DNA from: an uncultured Spirochaetota bacterium
GTDB taxonomy: Bacteria > Spirochaetota > Spirochaetia > SZUA-6 > Fen-1364
Direction of reading: 5' to 3'
Length of the DNA: 64,000 nucleotides
Assembly: GCA_963768665.1 (NCBI GenBank)
Contig: CAVYIU010000007.1
Location: forward strand, 512,494-576,493
Of this stretch, positions 20,984 to 30,820 are shown piece by piece (positions within the stretch are counted from its first letter, which is position 1; every line of letters starts with the position of its first letter). The translations under genes and the position numbers were made by a program. The notes below the pieces were generated by a model. It did not search any database. It was not told the DNA's origin and worked only from the letters and a program-made list of their open reading frames with translations.

Positions 20984-21909
20984 TGCTTCATCCTCGGGTC
21001 CAGGGCGTCCCGCAGGCCGTCGCCCAGGAAGTTGAAGGAGAGCATCAGCAGCGCCAGCGCGATCCCGGGGAACAGCGCCAGGTGCGGGTAGCTGCGCATG
21101 GACTGGAACCCGTCGGAGATCATTGCGCCCCAGCTCGGCATCGGGGGATCGACACCCAGGCCGATGAAGCTCAGGAATGCCTCCGTCCCGATGTAGCCCG
21201 GGATGGCCAGGGTCACCGAGACGAGAAGCGGCCCGACGAGGTTGGGCACGAGGTGGCGCAGGATGATCCGCAGGTCGCCGGCGCCCTGCGCCCTGGCGGC
21301 CTGGATGAACTCGGTCTCCCGCAGCGAGAGGGCCATGCCCCGGGAGAGCCGTGCCATGCCGATCCACGACGTCGCGCTGATGCCGATGACGATGAAGAGC
21401 ATTCCTCCCAGGCGCTTGTCGATGGACGCCACCGCGTGCACGAAGGGGTTGGTGCTGGTGATCTGGCCGGCGAAGCCCGACTTGAAGGTCACCATCAGGA
21501 GGATGATGAAGAGGAGATCCGGGAAGGCGTACAGGATGTCGACGATCCGCATCATGACGTTATCGACCCTGCCGCCGAAGAAGCCGGAGATTGTCCCGTA
21601 GAGCAGCCCGACGACGAAGGCGGACAGCGCCCCCAGGGCGGCGACCGTGAGGGAGATCCTGGCGCCATAGAGGAGACGGCTCAGCATGTCCCGACCGATG
21701 AAGTCGGCGCCCAGCGGATACCGCGACCCCGGTGCGGCGAACGCCGCGCCGAAATCCGACGTCGCGTAGTTCTGCGGTGCGATGAGGGGAGCGAAAGCCG
21801 CGGCCAGCACAAAGAGGATGATCGTGATGCCACCGGCCACGGCAAACCGGTTGCGCCGCAGGCGACGGAACGAGTCCAGCCACAGGCCTGTGTTCTTTCG
21901 GGGTCTCAT
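20980..21909 (-). CDS. Peptide-type ABC permease (OppC-like)
   Basis: [57 protein letters not shown]. Confidence 0.95.
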   Translation of the reverse strand: MRPRKNTGLWLDSFRRLRRNRFAVAGGITIILFVLAAAFAPLIAPQNYATSDFGAAFAAPGSRYPLGADFIGRDMLSRLLYGARISLTVAALGALSAFVVGLLYGTISGFFGGRVDNVMMRIVDILYAFPDLLFIILLMVTFKSGFAGQITSTNPFVHAVASIDKRLGGMLFIVIGISATSWIGMARLSRGMALSLRETEFIQAARAQGAGDLRIILRHLVPNLVGPLLVSVTLAIPGYIGTEAFLSFIGLGVDPPMPSWGAMISDGFQSMRSYPHLALFPGIALALLMLSFNFLGDGLRDALDPRMKQ

Positions 21910-21931
21910 GCCTGTCCTCCGTTCTTTCCTG

Positions 21932-22858
21932 TCAGCGCTGGCTCAGCTTGATCCGGGGATCGACCCACGTGTAGGTGATGTCAACCGCGAGATTCGCGAA
22001 GACCAGGAGCAAGGCGTACAGGAGCGTGGTCCCCATGATGACGGGGTAGTCGCGGGCGCTGACGGCATCAACGTAGTACTTCCCCAGGCCGGGGATCGCG
22101 AAGATGCGTTCCACCACCAGCGATCCCGTGACGAGTCCGGCGGCCATGGGACCGAGAACGGTGATCACGGGGACGAGGGCGTTGCGGAGGGCGTGGCGGA
22201 CCATGACCAGCCATTCCGGCACGCCCTTGGCCCGCGCCGTGCGGATGTAGTCCTCCCTCAGGACTTGGAGCATGCTGGCGCGGGTGAGCCGCGCGAGGAT
22301 CGCCGCGCTGCCGATGCCGAGCGTAAACGCCGGCAGGATGGCCTGCTGCCAGCTCCCCCACCGGGCCACGGGGAGGATGTCAAGCTTCAGGGCGAAGGCC
22401 CAGATCAGGAGCGGGCCCATTGCCATGGCCGGCACCGACACTCCGGCGAGGGCGAATACCATCGAGGAGTAGTCCACGGCGGTGTTGTGCTTGAGGGCCG
22501 AGACGATGCCCAGGGGCACGCCGATGATCAGCGCCACGACCAGGGCGAGGAGCCCGAGCACGGCGGAGACCGGGAAGCCGCCTTTCACGATATCGTTCAC
22601 GCTGCGGTCGCGGAACTGGTAGGACGGTCCGAAGTCGCCCTTCAGGGCGTTGCCCATGTAGCGCAGGTACTGCTGCGGCACCGACTCGTCGAGGTGGTAG
22701 TACGACATGAGCTGCTTGACGACCGCCGGTGCCAGGGGCCGCTCCACCTTCTGGAAAGGGTTGCCCGGGATGGAGTGCATGAGGCCGAAGGTCAGCACCG
22801 TCGACACCAGGAGCACAGGGATGACCCACAGGAGGCGACGGATGATGTAGCCGATCAC
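21932..22858 (-). CDS. Peptide-type ABC permease (OppB-like)
   Basis: YIIRRLL, GDFGPSY, EDYIRTARAKG, HALRNAL, RDYPVIMG. Confidence 0.95.
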   Translation of the reverse strand: MIGYIIRRLLWVIPVLLVSTVLTFGLMHSIPGNPFQKVERPLAPAVVKQLMSYYHLDESVPQQYLRYMGNALKGDFGPSYQFRDRSVNDIVKGGFPVSAVLGLLALVVALIIGVPLGIVSALKHNTAVDYSSMVFALAGVSVPAMAMGPLLIWAFALKLDILPVARWGSWQQAILPAFTLGIGSAAILARLTRASMLQVLREDYIRTARAKGVPEWLVMVRHALRNALVPVITVLGPMAAGLVTGSLVVERIFAIPGLGKYYVDAVSARDYPVIMGTTLLYALLLVFANLAVDITYTWVDPRIKLSQR

Positions 22859-22937
22859 GGGAACCCCTCCTCGATAACTGCGTGCCCGGCCTGCGCCGGC
22901 AGGTGGCCGGCGCGGGTGCAACGGGCAGAGTCCTGTG

Positions 22938-24503
22938 CTACTTGCTGGTCTTCCAGGTCCAGTACTGGAGAGTCGTGGGCTCGACGGGCCGCGTCACGTA
23001 CGGCTTCACCATCACGTTGACGGCGGCGTAGAAGAGGGGTACAGCCCCAACCAGGTCCTGGTCGTAGAGCTTCTCGATCTGGGCGTAGAGCGCCTTGCGC
23101 TTGGCCGTGTCCGAGATCGTGCCGGCCTGCTTGACGAGATTGTCGACGTCCGGCGACATGAGCGTGCCCTTCATCGTCGTGTCCGAGGTGAAGAGGTTGG
23201 CCCACATGTTGTTGGCGTCGGCGTAGTCCATGCCCCACCCCTGGCGGAACATGTTCGCCACGCCCGTCGTCATCATCTCGGTGTACCCGCCGCCCTCGAC
23301 GCCCTTGAGCGTCACATCGACGCCGAGGTTGTCTTTCCACATCTTCTGCAGCGCCTGCGCGATGCGGGCGTTGGTCTCGGTGGCGTTGTAGCCGTACACG
23401 ATCGGGGGAAGACCATTCCCGCCGGGGAAGCCCGCGTCTGCCAGGAGCTTCTGCGCGCCCTTGGCGTCGAACTTGATGCCGATGCCGGCAGACGGTTCGA
23501 TGTACCCGACGCAGCCCGGGGGCGTGAAGGTAAAGGCGGGAATCTCACCGCCGCGGGTCACCGTGGTGACGAGCGCGTTGCGGTCAATGGCCATGGCGAA
23601 AGCCTTGCGCACGTTCGGGTTGTCGAACGGGGCCGACGCAACGTAGAAGCGGAAGCTCGTCATTCGCTGCTGAGGGAAAGTCTTGAACTCCTTGCTGAGG
23701 ACCGAGTCCGCGCGCACGCGGTCAAGGTCAGTTGCCGGGACATTCCACGTGGTGTCGAGCTCGCCTTTCTCGTACATCGCCAGGGCGGTCGACTCCGACG
23801 CGACGATGTACAGGATCATCTGGTCGACCTGGACGTTGGCGGCGTCCCAGTAACTGGGATTCTTGACGAGATCGACCTCACTGTCAGTCACCCACTTGGA
23901 GATCTTGTAGGGGCCGTTGACCACGATGTGCTCGGGCCGGACCCAGTCCTTGCCCCACTTCTCACGCGCCCAGCGCGGAGTTGCCTGGCCGAACGACGCC
24001 AGGGAGCTCAGGAAGTAGGAGGCGGGAGCGGTCAGCGTGATCTGGAACGTGGAAGCGTCGAGCGCCTTGGCGCCCAGCTCCGTCGGCGCCATCTTTCCCT
24101 GGTTGATCGCCTCGCCGTTCTTGATGGGGAACAGGAACGTCGCCTGCGGCGCGGCGTTCGCCGGGTCCACGATCTGCTGGAACGTGTACTCGTAGTCCTT
24201 CGCGGTCACCGGCTGGCCGTCCGACCACTTCCAGTTGGGCCGGATCTTGAATGTCCAGACCAGGCCGTCGGCCGACACGGTCCACGACACGGCACCGCGC
24301 GGGGTGACCTCGTTCTTGGCGTAGTCGTACCCTACCAGGGTCACCCAGCAGTTGTGGGTCACCTCGTAGGTCCAGTTCGTGCATGGATCGATCGGGTCCG
24401 GGTCGGCCAGGAGATTCGTCCTGACCACCCGCGGGGCGGCCGACAGTGCTGCGGCGGCGAAAAGGGCGCACGCCAGCACAACGATCACTCTCTTCAAAAC
24501 CAT
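22938..24503 (-). CDS. Peptide-type ABC substrate-binding protein (OppA-like, family 5)
   Basis: SADGLVWTFKIR, WSDGQPVTAKD, NGPYKI, NVRKAFAMAIDR. SD AGGAGG before ATG 24503. Confidence 0.93.
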   Translation of the reverse strand: MVLKRVIVVLACALFAAAALSAAPRVVRTNLLADPDPIDPCTNWTYEVTHNCWVTLVGYDYAKNEVTPRGAVSWTVSADGLVWTFKIRPNWKWSDGQPVTAKDYEYTFQQIVDPANAAPQATFLFPIKNGEAINQGKMAPTELGAKALDASTFQITLTAPASYFLSSLASFGQATPRWAREKWGKDWVRPEHIVVNGPYKISKWVTDSEVDLVKNPSYWDAANVQVDQMILYIVASESTALAMYEKGELDTTWNVPATDLDRVRADSVLSKEFKTFPQQRMTSFRFYVASAPFDNPNVRKAFAMAIDRNALVTTVTRGGEIPAFTFTPPGCVGYIEPSAGIGIKFDAKGAQKLLADAGFPGGNGLPPIVYGYNATETNARIAQALQKMWKDNLGVDVTLKGVEGGGYTEMMTTGVANMFRQGWGMDYADANNMWANLFTSDTTMKGTLMSPDVDNLVKQAGTISDTAKRKALYAQIEKLYDQDLVGAVPLFYAAVNVMVKPYVTRPVEPTTLQYWTWKTSK

Positions 24504-24637
24504 ACCTGCCTCCTGTGTTTGGTTATGAACAATCCGTGGCACATCTCGGTGCGCCGACGACGAGACTATCCTGCGGGCCTTTCCCTCCTTTTTCCCCCAT
24601 GTTTGGTTCGGCTGCCCGTGCCGCGGCGGCACACGAT

Positions 24638-24689
24638 ATTTGTCTTGTAGACAAAATGCAACCTACCTTACTCATTCCGTTTCTGTCAA
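24638..24689 (-). promoter_or_regulatory. Promoter of the first Opp operon with GntR-type operator
   Basis: Minus strand TTGACA-N18-TAGGTT followed by TTTGTCTACAAGACAAAT (24655-24638). Confidence 0.65.
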
Positions 24690-24737
24690 GAACTTTCAAA
24701 AACGTCGTCCGCGGCAGATCTCGCCCCCGTCCTCCCC

Positions 24738-26744
24738 TCAGCCGGCCCGGATGCGAAGGGTGCTTTCCGCCCTGGTGTAGACCGGTATGCGTTCCAGCGG
24801 GGCAGCGGCGTCCAGCCACGCGCCCCCCGGCGTAACTGCATCCGTCCAGGCATCCCTCCACGAAGCGCCGGCCGGGAGGTAGACGCTGCGGGCCCGGACG
24901 CCCTCGGCGACCACCGGCGCGACGAGGATGTCCGGGCCGAACATGTACTGGTCCTCGATTTCCCAGGCCCGCCGGTCAGCGGGAAAATCGATGAAGAGCG
25001 GCCTCATGGGCGGCACGCCCGTTGATTGCGCTGAACGCATCTGCTCCATGACGTAGGGCCGAAGCCGTTCGCGCAGGCGCAGCTGCTCGGCCAGCAGCGC
25101 GTAGGTCTCCTCCCCGAATGACCACACCTCGTTGGGCACGGTCGGGCTCAGCGGGTCGGCGATCGGGTCACCGGGCTTGATCGGGGCGTTCCTGTGCCGG
25201 CGGACGCCGTGCACCCGGAAAATCGGGCAGAAGACGCCGAACTGGAACCATCGCACCATCAACTCTCTGAAGGACGGGTCTTCGATGTCCCCGCCGTGGA
25301 ACCCACCGATATCGGACGTCCACCAGGGAATGCCGCTCATCCCGATGTTCAGCCCGCCGGCGACCTGTCGGCGCAGGGAGTCGAAGCTGGAGGGGATGTC
25401 CGCGGACCAGACAGCCGCGCCGAAGCGCTGGCTGCCGGCCCACGCCGAGCGCGTCAGCGCCAGGGGGGCCTCCACGCCTTCCGCGGTCAACCCCTCGTAG
25501 AGTGCCTGGGAATGGCAGAGCGGGTACAGGCCCGCCACCTCCATGCCATTGCCGAGGTGGTAGCGCGTGTTGTCCTGCTCGAGCGGAATCAGCTCGGGCT
25601 CTGCCGTGTCCAGCCAGAAGAGCCTGATGCCGTGCTTGACGTAGCCTTCGCGGAGCCGCTGCCACAGGAACGCGCGGGCCTCGGGATTCATGGCATCGTA
25701 GAAGGTTTGGATCACGCTCCCGCGGGGCTCGGCGCTGCTGTTCTGGACGGGCATCCCGCGCTCGTTGCGGACAAGCATGCCCCGCTCCTGCATGGGGCGG
25801 TAGTTCGCGCTGGTCAGGTTGACCGTCGGCCAGACAGACACCATCACTTCGATGTCCATGGCGTTCAACTCGCGCACCATGGCAGCAGGGTCCGGCCAGA
25901 ACTCCGCGTCGAACGACCAGTCACCCATCTGGCGCCAGTGGTGGAAGTCGATCACGATGACGGAGAGCGGCAGGCCGCGGCGCCGGTACTCGCGGGCCAC
26001 GGAGAGCAGCTCCTCCTGCGTCTTGTAGCGCAGCTTCGACTGCCAGAAGCCGGACGCCCACGCGGGGAAGGCCGTGGGGAAACCGGTCGCCTCGGCGTAG
26101 CGGGTGAGGATGTCGGCCGGCGTGTTGTCCACCACCACCCAGTAGTCGATCTGCTGCGCGGACTCGGCGACCCAGCGGGTGTCGTTCTTCCCGAGCTCCA
26201 CCCTGCCCAGGCCGGGATTGTTCCAGAGAAACCCGTAGCCTTCGCTGGAGACCATGAACGGGATCGAGACTTCCGTGTTGCGGTGCAGGAGGTCGAGCAC
26301 GCATCCCTTCTGGTCGAGGTAGCCGTGCTGGCGCTGCCCGAGCCCGTAGATCCGTTCGCCGTCCCTGGCGAAGAAGCGCTGCTCGATGTGCCAGGAGCTG
26401 CCGCGCGGCGTGAACACGCGGCCCGGGTACTCGGCGGTGGTCCTGATGCGTTCCGCGAGCACGGTGGCGCCGTCGGAGGATCGTGCGAAGCTCAGCTGGG
26501 CCCCGGCGGTCAGCCTCACGGTGAGCTTGCCGTTGACGAGCGTGGATTCCTGCTCGCCGATCGTGACAACGGGAACGGAGTGGTCCGCGGGACGGGCCGG
26601 GAACGCCTGGGGCAGGTCGCGGAAGTCCGCCTGCCGCGTGATGCGGACGCGGACGCCGTTGCGGCCCCACGGCACGAGGCAGATGCGCTCGTGGTTCTTC
26701 CGCCAGGAAAGCCCGTCAGCGTCCCTCGAGAGGAACTCTTTCAT
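24738..26744 (-). CDS. GH31 glycoside hydrolase (alpha-xylosidase/alpha-glucosidase-like)
   Basis: IYGLGQ, GFWQSKLRY, FWLDTAEPE (nucleophile), WSADI (acid/base), SDIGGF, RWFQFG, QYMFGPDILVAP. Confidence 0.93.
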   Translation of the reverse strand: MKEFLSRDADGLSWRKNHERICLVPWGRNGVRVRITRQADFRDLPQAFPARPADHSVPVVTIGEQESTLVNGKLTVRLTAGAQLSFARSSDGATVLAERIRTTAEYPGRVFTPRGSSWHIEQRFFARDGERIYGLGQRQHGYLDQKGCVLDLLHRNTEVSIPFMVSSEGYGFLWNNPGLGRVELGKNDTRWVAESAQQIDYWVVVDNTPADILTRYAEATGFPTAFPAWASGFWQSKLRYKTQEELLSVAREYRRRGLPLSVIVIDFHHWRQMGDWSFDAEFWPDPAAMVRELNAMDIEVMVSVWPTVNLTSANYRPMQERGMLVRNERGMPVQNSSAEPRGSVIQTFYDAMNPEARAFLWQRLREGYVKHGIRLFWLDTAEPELIPLEQDNTRYHLGNGMEVAGLYPLCHSQALYEGLTAEGVEAPLALTRSAWAGSQRFGAAVWSADIPSSFDSLRRQVAGGLNIGMSGIPWWTSDIGGFHGGDIEDPSFRELMVRWFQFGVFCPIFRVHGVRRHRNAPIKPGDPIADPLSPTVPNEVWSFGEETYALLAEQLRLRERLRPYVMEQMRSAQSTGVPPMRPLFIDFPADRRAWEIEDQYMFGPDILVAPVVAEGVRARSVYLPAGASWRDAWTDAVTPGGAWLDAAAPLERIPVYTRAESTLRIRAG

Positions 26745-26839
26745 GGCCGGCCCGCGGGTGCTGCGCGCCGGCCCGTCAGCTCATCGTCGGAAAAACCGCC
26801 GCTGTACGCTCTTCCCCGAGAAACAGCCCTGTCGTCCAC
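26741..26839 (-). pseudogene. 32-codon vestige of an M24 Xaa-Pro peptidase paralog, stop overlapping the GH31 start
   Basis: SD AGGAGGG + GTG, translating to VDDRAVSRGRAYSGGFSDDELTGRRAAPAGRP*. Aligns with the N-terminus of the 43065 peptidase (MDNAGGSRERLYGGDFSAEEMKGRRA). Confidence 0.7.
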
Positions 26840-26898
26840 GTTCCCTCCTTGCGCCGGCCCTTGCGCCGCCGCTCCCCATCTTTGCGTCGCACCGCCCC

Positions 26899-28307
26899 TC
26901 ACGCTCTCACCCACCTTGATCCGCGGGCACGGAGCTTGCCCAGGAGGTGCTCGATCTCCCGGGCAATGGAAGGCCGCTGGTCGATCAGGTTGTCCTGCTC
27001 ACCCGGATCGTTCTGCAGGTCGAAGAGGGAGCGCATCGGGACCCACCCGGGCGGGTCGTCGTCCCGGGGCGCCATGATGATGAGCTTCCACTTCCCCGCG
27101 CGGACCGCGACGTCGCCGCCGGGCAGGCCCCTGCCTCCCGGTGTCGGTGACCAGGGCGGCCCTGCCGGGGTCCCCGATCCCGCGCCCGAGGAAGGCCGGC
27201 AGCATGTTGTGGCTGTCCTCGGCAGCGTCGGTGGGAAGCGAACAGCCCGTGAGCGCGGCGAACGTTGCCGCCAGGTCGGTGTGACACAGGAGCTGGGAAG
27301 AGACCGTGCCGGTTGGAATGCCCGATGGCCACCGAGCGACGAATGGTATCCGATGGCCGCCTTCGAAAGCCGTGTTCTTGAAGCCCCGGAACATTCCCGC
27401 GGAGCGCTGCCCGTTCTGGCCCGGGCATCGGGCCGTGATCGCTCGCGAAAATGAGCAAGGTCCGGTCCAGCAGCCCCCGCTCTTCGAGCGCGGCACGGAC
27501 CTGGCCCACGCACCAGTCGACAAGAACGTTCATGTCACCGCGGGGTCCCTCCGCGCTCTTGCCCTTGACGAAATCGGGAGGAAGCCACGGGTTGTGCGGG
27601 GCCGAGAGTGCGAGGTACAGGAAAAAAGGTTCCGGCTGCCCCGCACCGTGAGTCGCGTCGAAGAAGCGCGCCGCCTGCCGAACGAACGTGAGGTCCACGT
27701 CCTCCGCTTTCCATCCCGTGCTCATGAGGCCGGGGAGGAAGCCGGGCAAGGCGTGGAGGTCCTCCGTGCTGCGCACGCGGGGGACCTCGACGAAACGGTC
27801 ATCCCGGATGTAGCAGTACGGGGGATCCGAGGTGCAACAGCCCGCGGTTCCGAAGAAGGAGTCGAAACCGAGCGCCAGCGGACCGCCTTCCAGGGGAGCG
27901 GCGAAATCCACTTCGTCCTCGGTCTGCGTGAACCCCCCGCCGCGGCGACCGTACAGCAGGCCGAGATGCCACTTCCCGATGCAGCCTGTGCGGTAGCCTT
28001 GCCCGCGGAGCATCGAAGCGATTGTCAACCGCGCTGGCTCGATCAGCGGCGGCTCGTAGGGCATGACAAGGGAATCGCCGTGCGGAGCCCGCCATGAATA
28101 CCGGCCGGTCAGCAGGCCGTAGCGGCTCGGGGTGCAAAGCGCGTTCGGGGAATGGGCGTCGGTGAACCTTACGCCCTCGGTGGCCAGCCGGTCGATGTGC
28201 GGGGTCGGCGTGGCGGAGTCCGGGTTGTAGCAGGTCGGGTCCCCGTAACCGGTGTCGTCGGCCAGTATGAGCACGATGTTCGGACCCGAGCCAGAAAGTG
28301 TGCTCAC
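26899..28307 (-). CDS. Cys-type arylsulfatase (frameshifted)
   Basis: PNIVLILADDTGYGD, CTPSRYGLLTGR, GKWHLG, ASDHG, FEGGHRIPF, GKWKL, LFDLQNDPGE across three frames. Confidence 0.9.
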
Positions 28308-28362
28308 CAGCAGCCCTCGTTGCTTCCACTTCCCCGCGCGGACGTTCCGTGCAATGCCACGG

Positions 28363-29526
28363 CTATCCCCCCAGCTCGACGCAGCGCCTGCGATAGTGGA
28401 GGTAGTTGGCGTACGGGACCTCGGCCGGGACCCCGTGATCGCACGTGGGGATGTACCCTCCGCGCGCTCGCATCGCGGGCAGCACCCGCTCCAGGTAGTC
28501 GTCGATGTCGCGCGTCCCCTGCGCAAGGACCCTCTTGTCGATGCCGCCGGAAAGAGCGAGGTCCGGGTATTCGCGCCCCGTGCGGACCACGTCGCAGCCC
28601 GCGGCCGCTTCGAAGGGGCTCATCACGTCCATCCCGATCTCCCGGCGGTAAAGGGGAATCGCGGCGTCGGCGAAGCCGTCCGTGTCGACCTGGACGTAGA
28701 GATGACGCGAGCGGTCGATCTGCCGCCGCTTCACGCGGCCGATGAGCTCCTGGTAGTACGGGATGAGGAACTCCCGCATCATGTCCGGCGAGAGCAGCAG
28801 GCCGTGATTGTAGCAGACGTCTTCCGCCAGGAAGAGCTCGTCAAGGGTGACATGCTCCTGGTGGCGGGCTATCACCGTGTCGGCCAGCTCGAACCAGGTC
28901 CGCATGCAGTCGTGGATGAGCCCGGGATCGTCGTAGAAGAGGAACGGCAGCCTCAAGGGACCGGTAAGGCTCCGCAGGTACATGTAGCCGCCGATAAGGC
29001 CCTGGCTCACCATCTTTCCGGTGGCCGCCGCTTCCACGGCATCCTGCATCCGGCGGGAGAGGGTGGCGAAGCGTGCCGGGGTTGACGGGTCCAGGCGCCA
29101 CCTGACGTTCTCTTCCCAGCTCCTGCGGTCGGTCACAGGGTCGGCAACGTACTCCGGGATGAACCCGTCACGGCGTCCCTTGAAGCAGAGGACCTGGCGG
29201 CCCGCTGCATCCTGGACAAGCTCATAGTCACCGCGATCCTCGAGGACCTTCTCTTCGAAGAGCGGAGAGAACGCCGCCGTGGTCCACCCCACGTCCTCCA
29301 GGCCGTGGCTTCCCGGTGGATCGTAGTCGAAGAGCTCGGCCCAGGGCACGTCCTGCGGCATGCCCTGGGCCTGCCACTCCTCCAGGCAGTAATAGCCGAA
29401 CTCCCGCCGGAACAGGGGCGCACCGGGGGTGATCGCGTACGCATCCCGCAGCTTGCGCGCGGAGGCGCACATCCTCTCGCGGGGAACCATGGCGTGGACA
29501 CCGTCTTGGGCCGGGGTGAGCGGCAC
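28363..29526 (-). CDS. Uroporphyrinogen decarboxylase-like / MtaA-CmuA-like TIM-barrel protein
   Basis: FYDDPGLIH, AEDVCYNHGLLLSP, VDTDG, SGGIDKR, GGYIPTCDHGVP. Confidence 0.8.
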   Translation of the reverse strand: MPLTPAQDGVHAMVPRERMCASARKLRDAYAITPGAPLFRREFGYYCLEEWQAQGMPQDVPWAELFDYDPPGSHGLEDVGWTTAAFSPLFEEKVLEDRGDYELVQDAAGRQVLCFKGRRDGFIPEYVADPVTDRRSWEENVRWRLDPSTPARFATLSRRMQDAVEAAATGKMVSQGLIGGYMYLRSLTGPLRLPFLFYDDPGLIHDCMRTWFELADTVIARHQEHVTLDELFLAEDVCYNHGLLLSPDMMREFLIPYYQELIGRVKRRQIDRSRHLYVQVDTDGFADAAIPLYRREIGMDVMSPFEAAAGCDVVRTGREYPDLALSGGIDKRVLAQGTRDIDDYLERVLPAMRARGGYIPTCDHGVPAEVPYANYLHYRRRCVELGG

Positions 29527-29547
29527 GGAAGCCTCCTTGGTGACGCC

Positions 29548-30820
29548 TTACGCGTCGTGAGATCCTGAGGGGCGGGGCGGCGGCAGGGGAAAGCTGACGT
29601 CCCGCTGCGCGCACTCCAGGATGGCGGCGCCGGCGACCAGGAGCGGGATGGTGAAGTCCTCAGGCCGCACCTTGTCCAGGCTGTCGTATTCCGTGTGGCC
29701 AAAGCCGCTCGTCCTGCTCCCGGCGAGGAGCTGCACCCCGGTCGACCCCCCGGGCCCGGAACGACATGTGGTCCGAATAGCGCGAGAGGCCGTCCGTGAC
29801 ATCGACGGCCAGGTGCAGTCCTGTCACGATCTCGTCCATGAACGAGCGGAGAGCGGGCGTCTCGTTCGTGTAGACCGTCAGGGCGCCGTCGCGGATGGCC
29901 GGGCAGTCGAGGTTCACCACGAGGACGACCTTCGAGAGGTCCGGGTGCTGCGCGACGTACGCGCGCGAACCAATGAGGCCCACTTCCTCTGAGCCGAGGC
30001 TCACGAAGCGCACGCTCCTCCTCAGGGGATAGGGGGAGAGGAGCCTCGCGAGCGCGGCCACGGAGGACACTCCCGTGCCGTTGTCCACGGCCCCCTGAGA
30101 GAACCAGGAGTCCACGTGCCCGCAGACCACGATCTCCTCGGCGCTCGTTCCCCTCTTCAGGCCGATCCCGTTCCAGGTTGTACGGTCTCCGATCGTGCTC
30201 GCGTCGGCGATCGCCACGGTGGCTCTCCCGGCTGCCGCGGCGAGCGATACGGCGTTCTCGTAGCTTATGCCCGCCGCGGGGATGGTACCGGGACGGGCCT
30301 CCAGGCGTGCCGAACCCATGGCCACGAGCCCCCCGGGCCGCTTGTCGTAAAAAAGGAAACCGGCCGCACCCGCCTCCTCGGCGTAGATGTACTTGTGGGA
30401 GCGATGGATGTCCTTCTCCTCGGGGGGGTTCTCCGAGCAGACCAGCACGATCTTCCCCCGAACGTCGAGACGCCGGAAATCGGCCTTCCCTCCGCGCCCC
30501 ACGTCCACGACCGGGGCATCCGCCGACAGGCCCGGGCTCCAGCCAAGGGGGTGGCTGGGGAAGGTCCGCGTGCGCCCGCCCTCCCGGACCGTGACGCGGC
30601 ACGCGCCGGGCTTCCACCCGGTGAAGCGGTGCTCCTCCACGGAGGTTTCCAGGCCGCAGCCGGCGAACTCGGAGACGACGAGGTCCGTGGCGCGACGCTC
30701 CTCGTCGCTGCCGGAGATCCGCGCCCCGACCTCCAGGCAGAGCCTCTGCAGCGTAGACCAGGCGTCCTGGCCCGTGACGCACCTGCTGATGAAATCGCGC
30801 GTATGGTCGTGGATCTTCAT
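29548..30820 (-). CDS. M28 family aminopeptidase with PA domain (frameshift near 3' end)
   Basis: GARISGS, DVRGKIVLV, GHVDSW, GAVDNGTG, SEEVGLIGS, NLD, SDHMSF, GHTEYDSLDK. Confidence 0.88.

Noticed and set aside
26899-28307. Sulfatase without a maturase as a novelty
   Set aside because: anSME/FGE genes are commonly encoded elsewhere in the genome.
28363-29526. Call as hemE
   Set aside because: Lacks the N-terminal RQAGR motif of true uroporphyrinogen decarboxylase and has no tetrapyrrole gene context.
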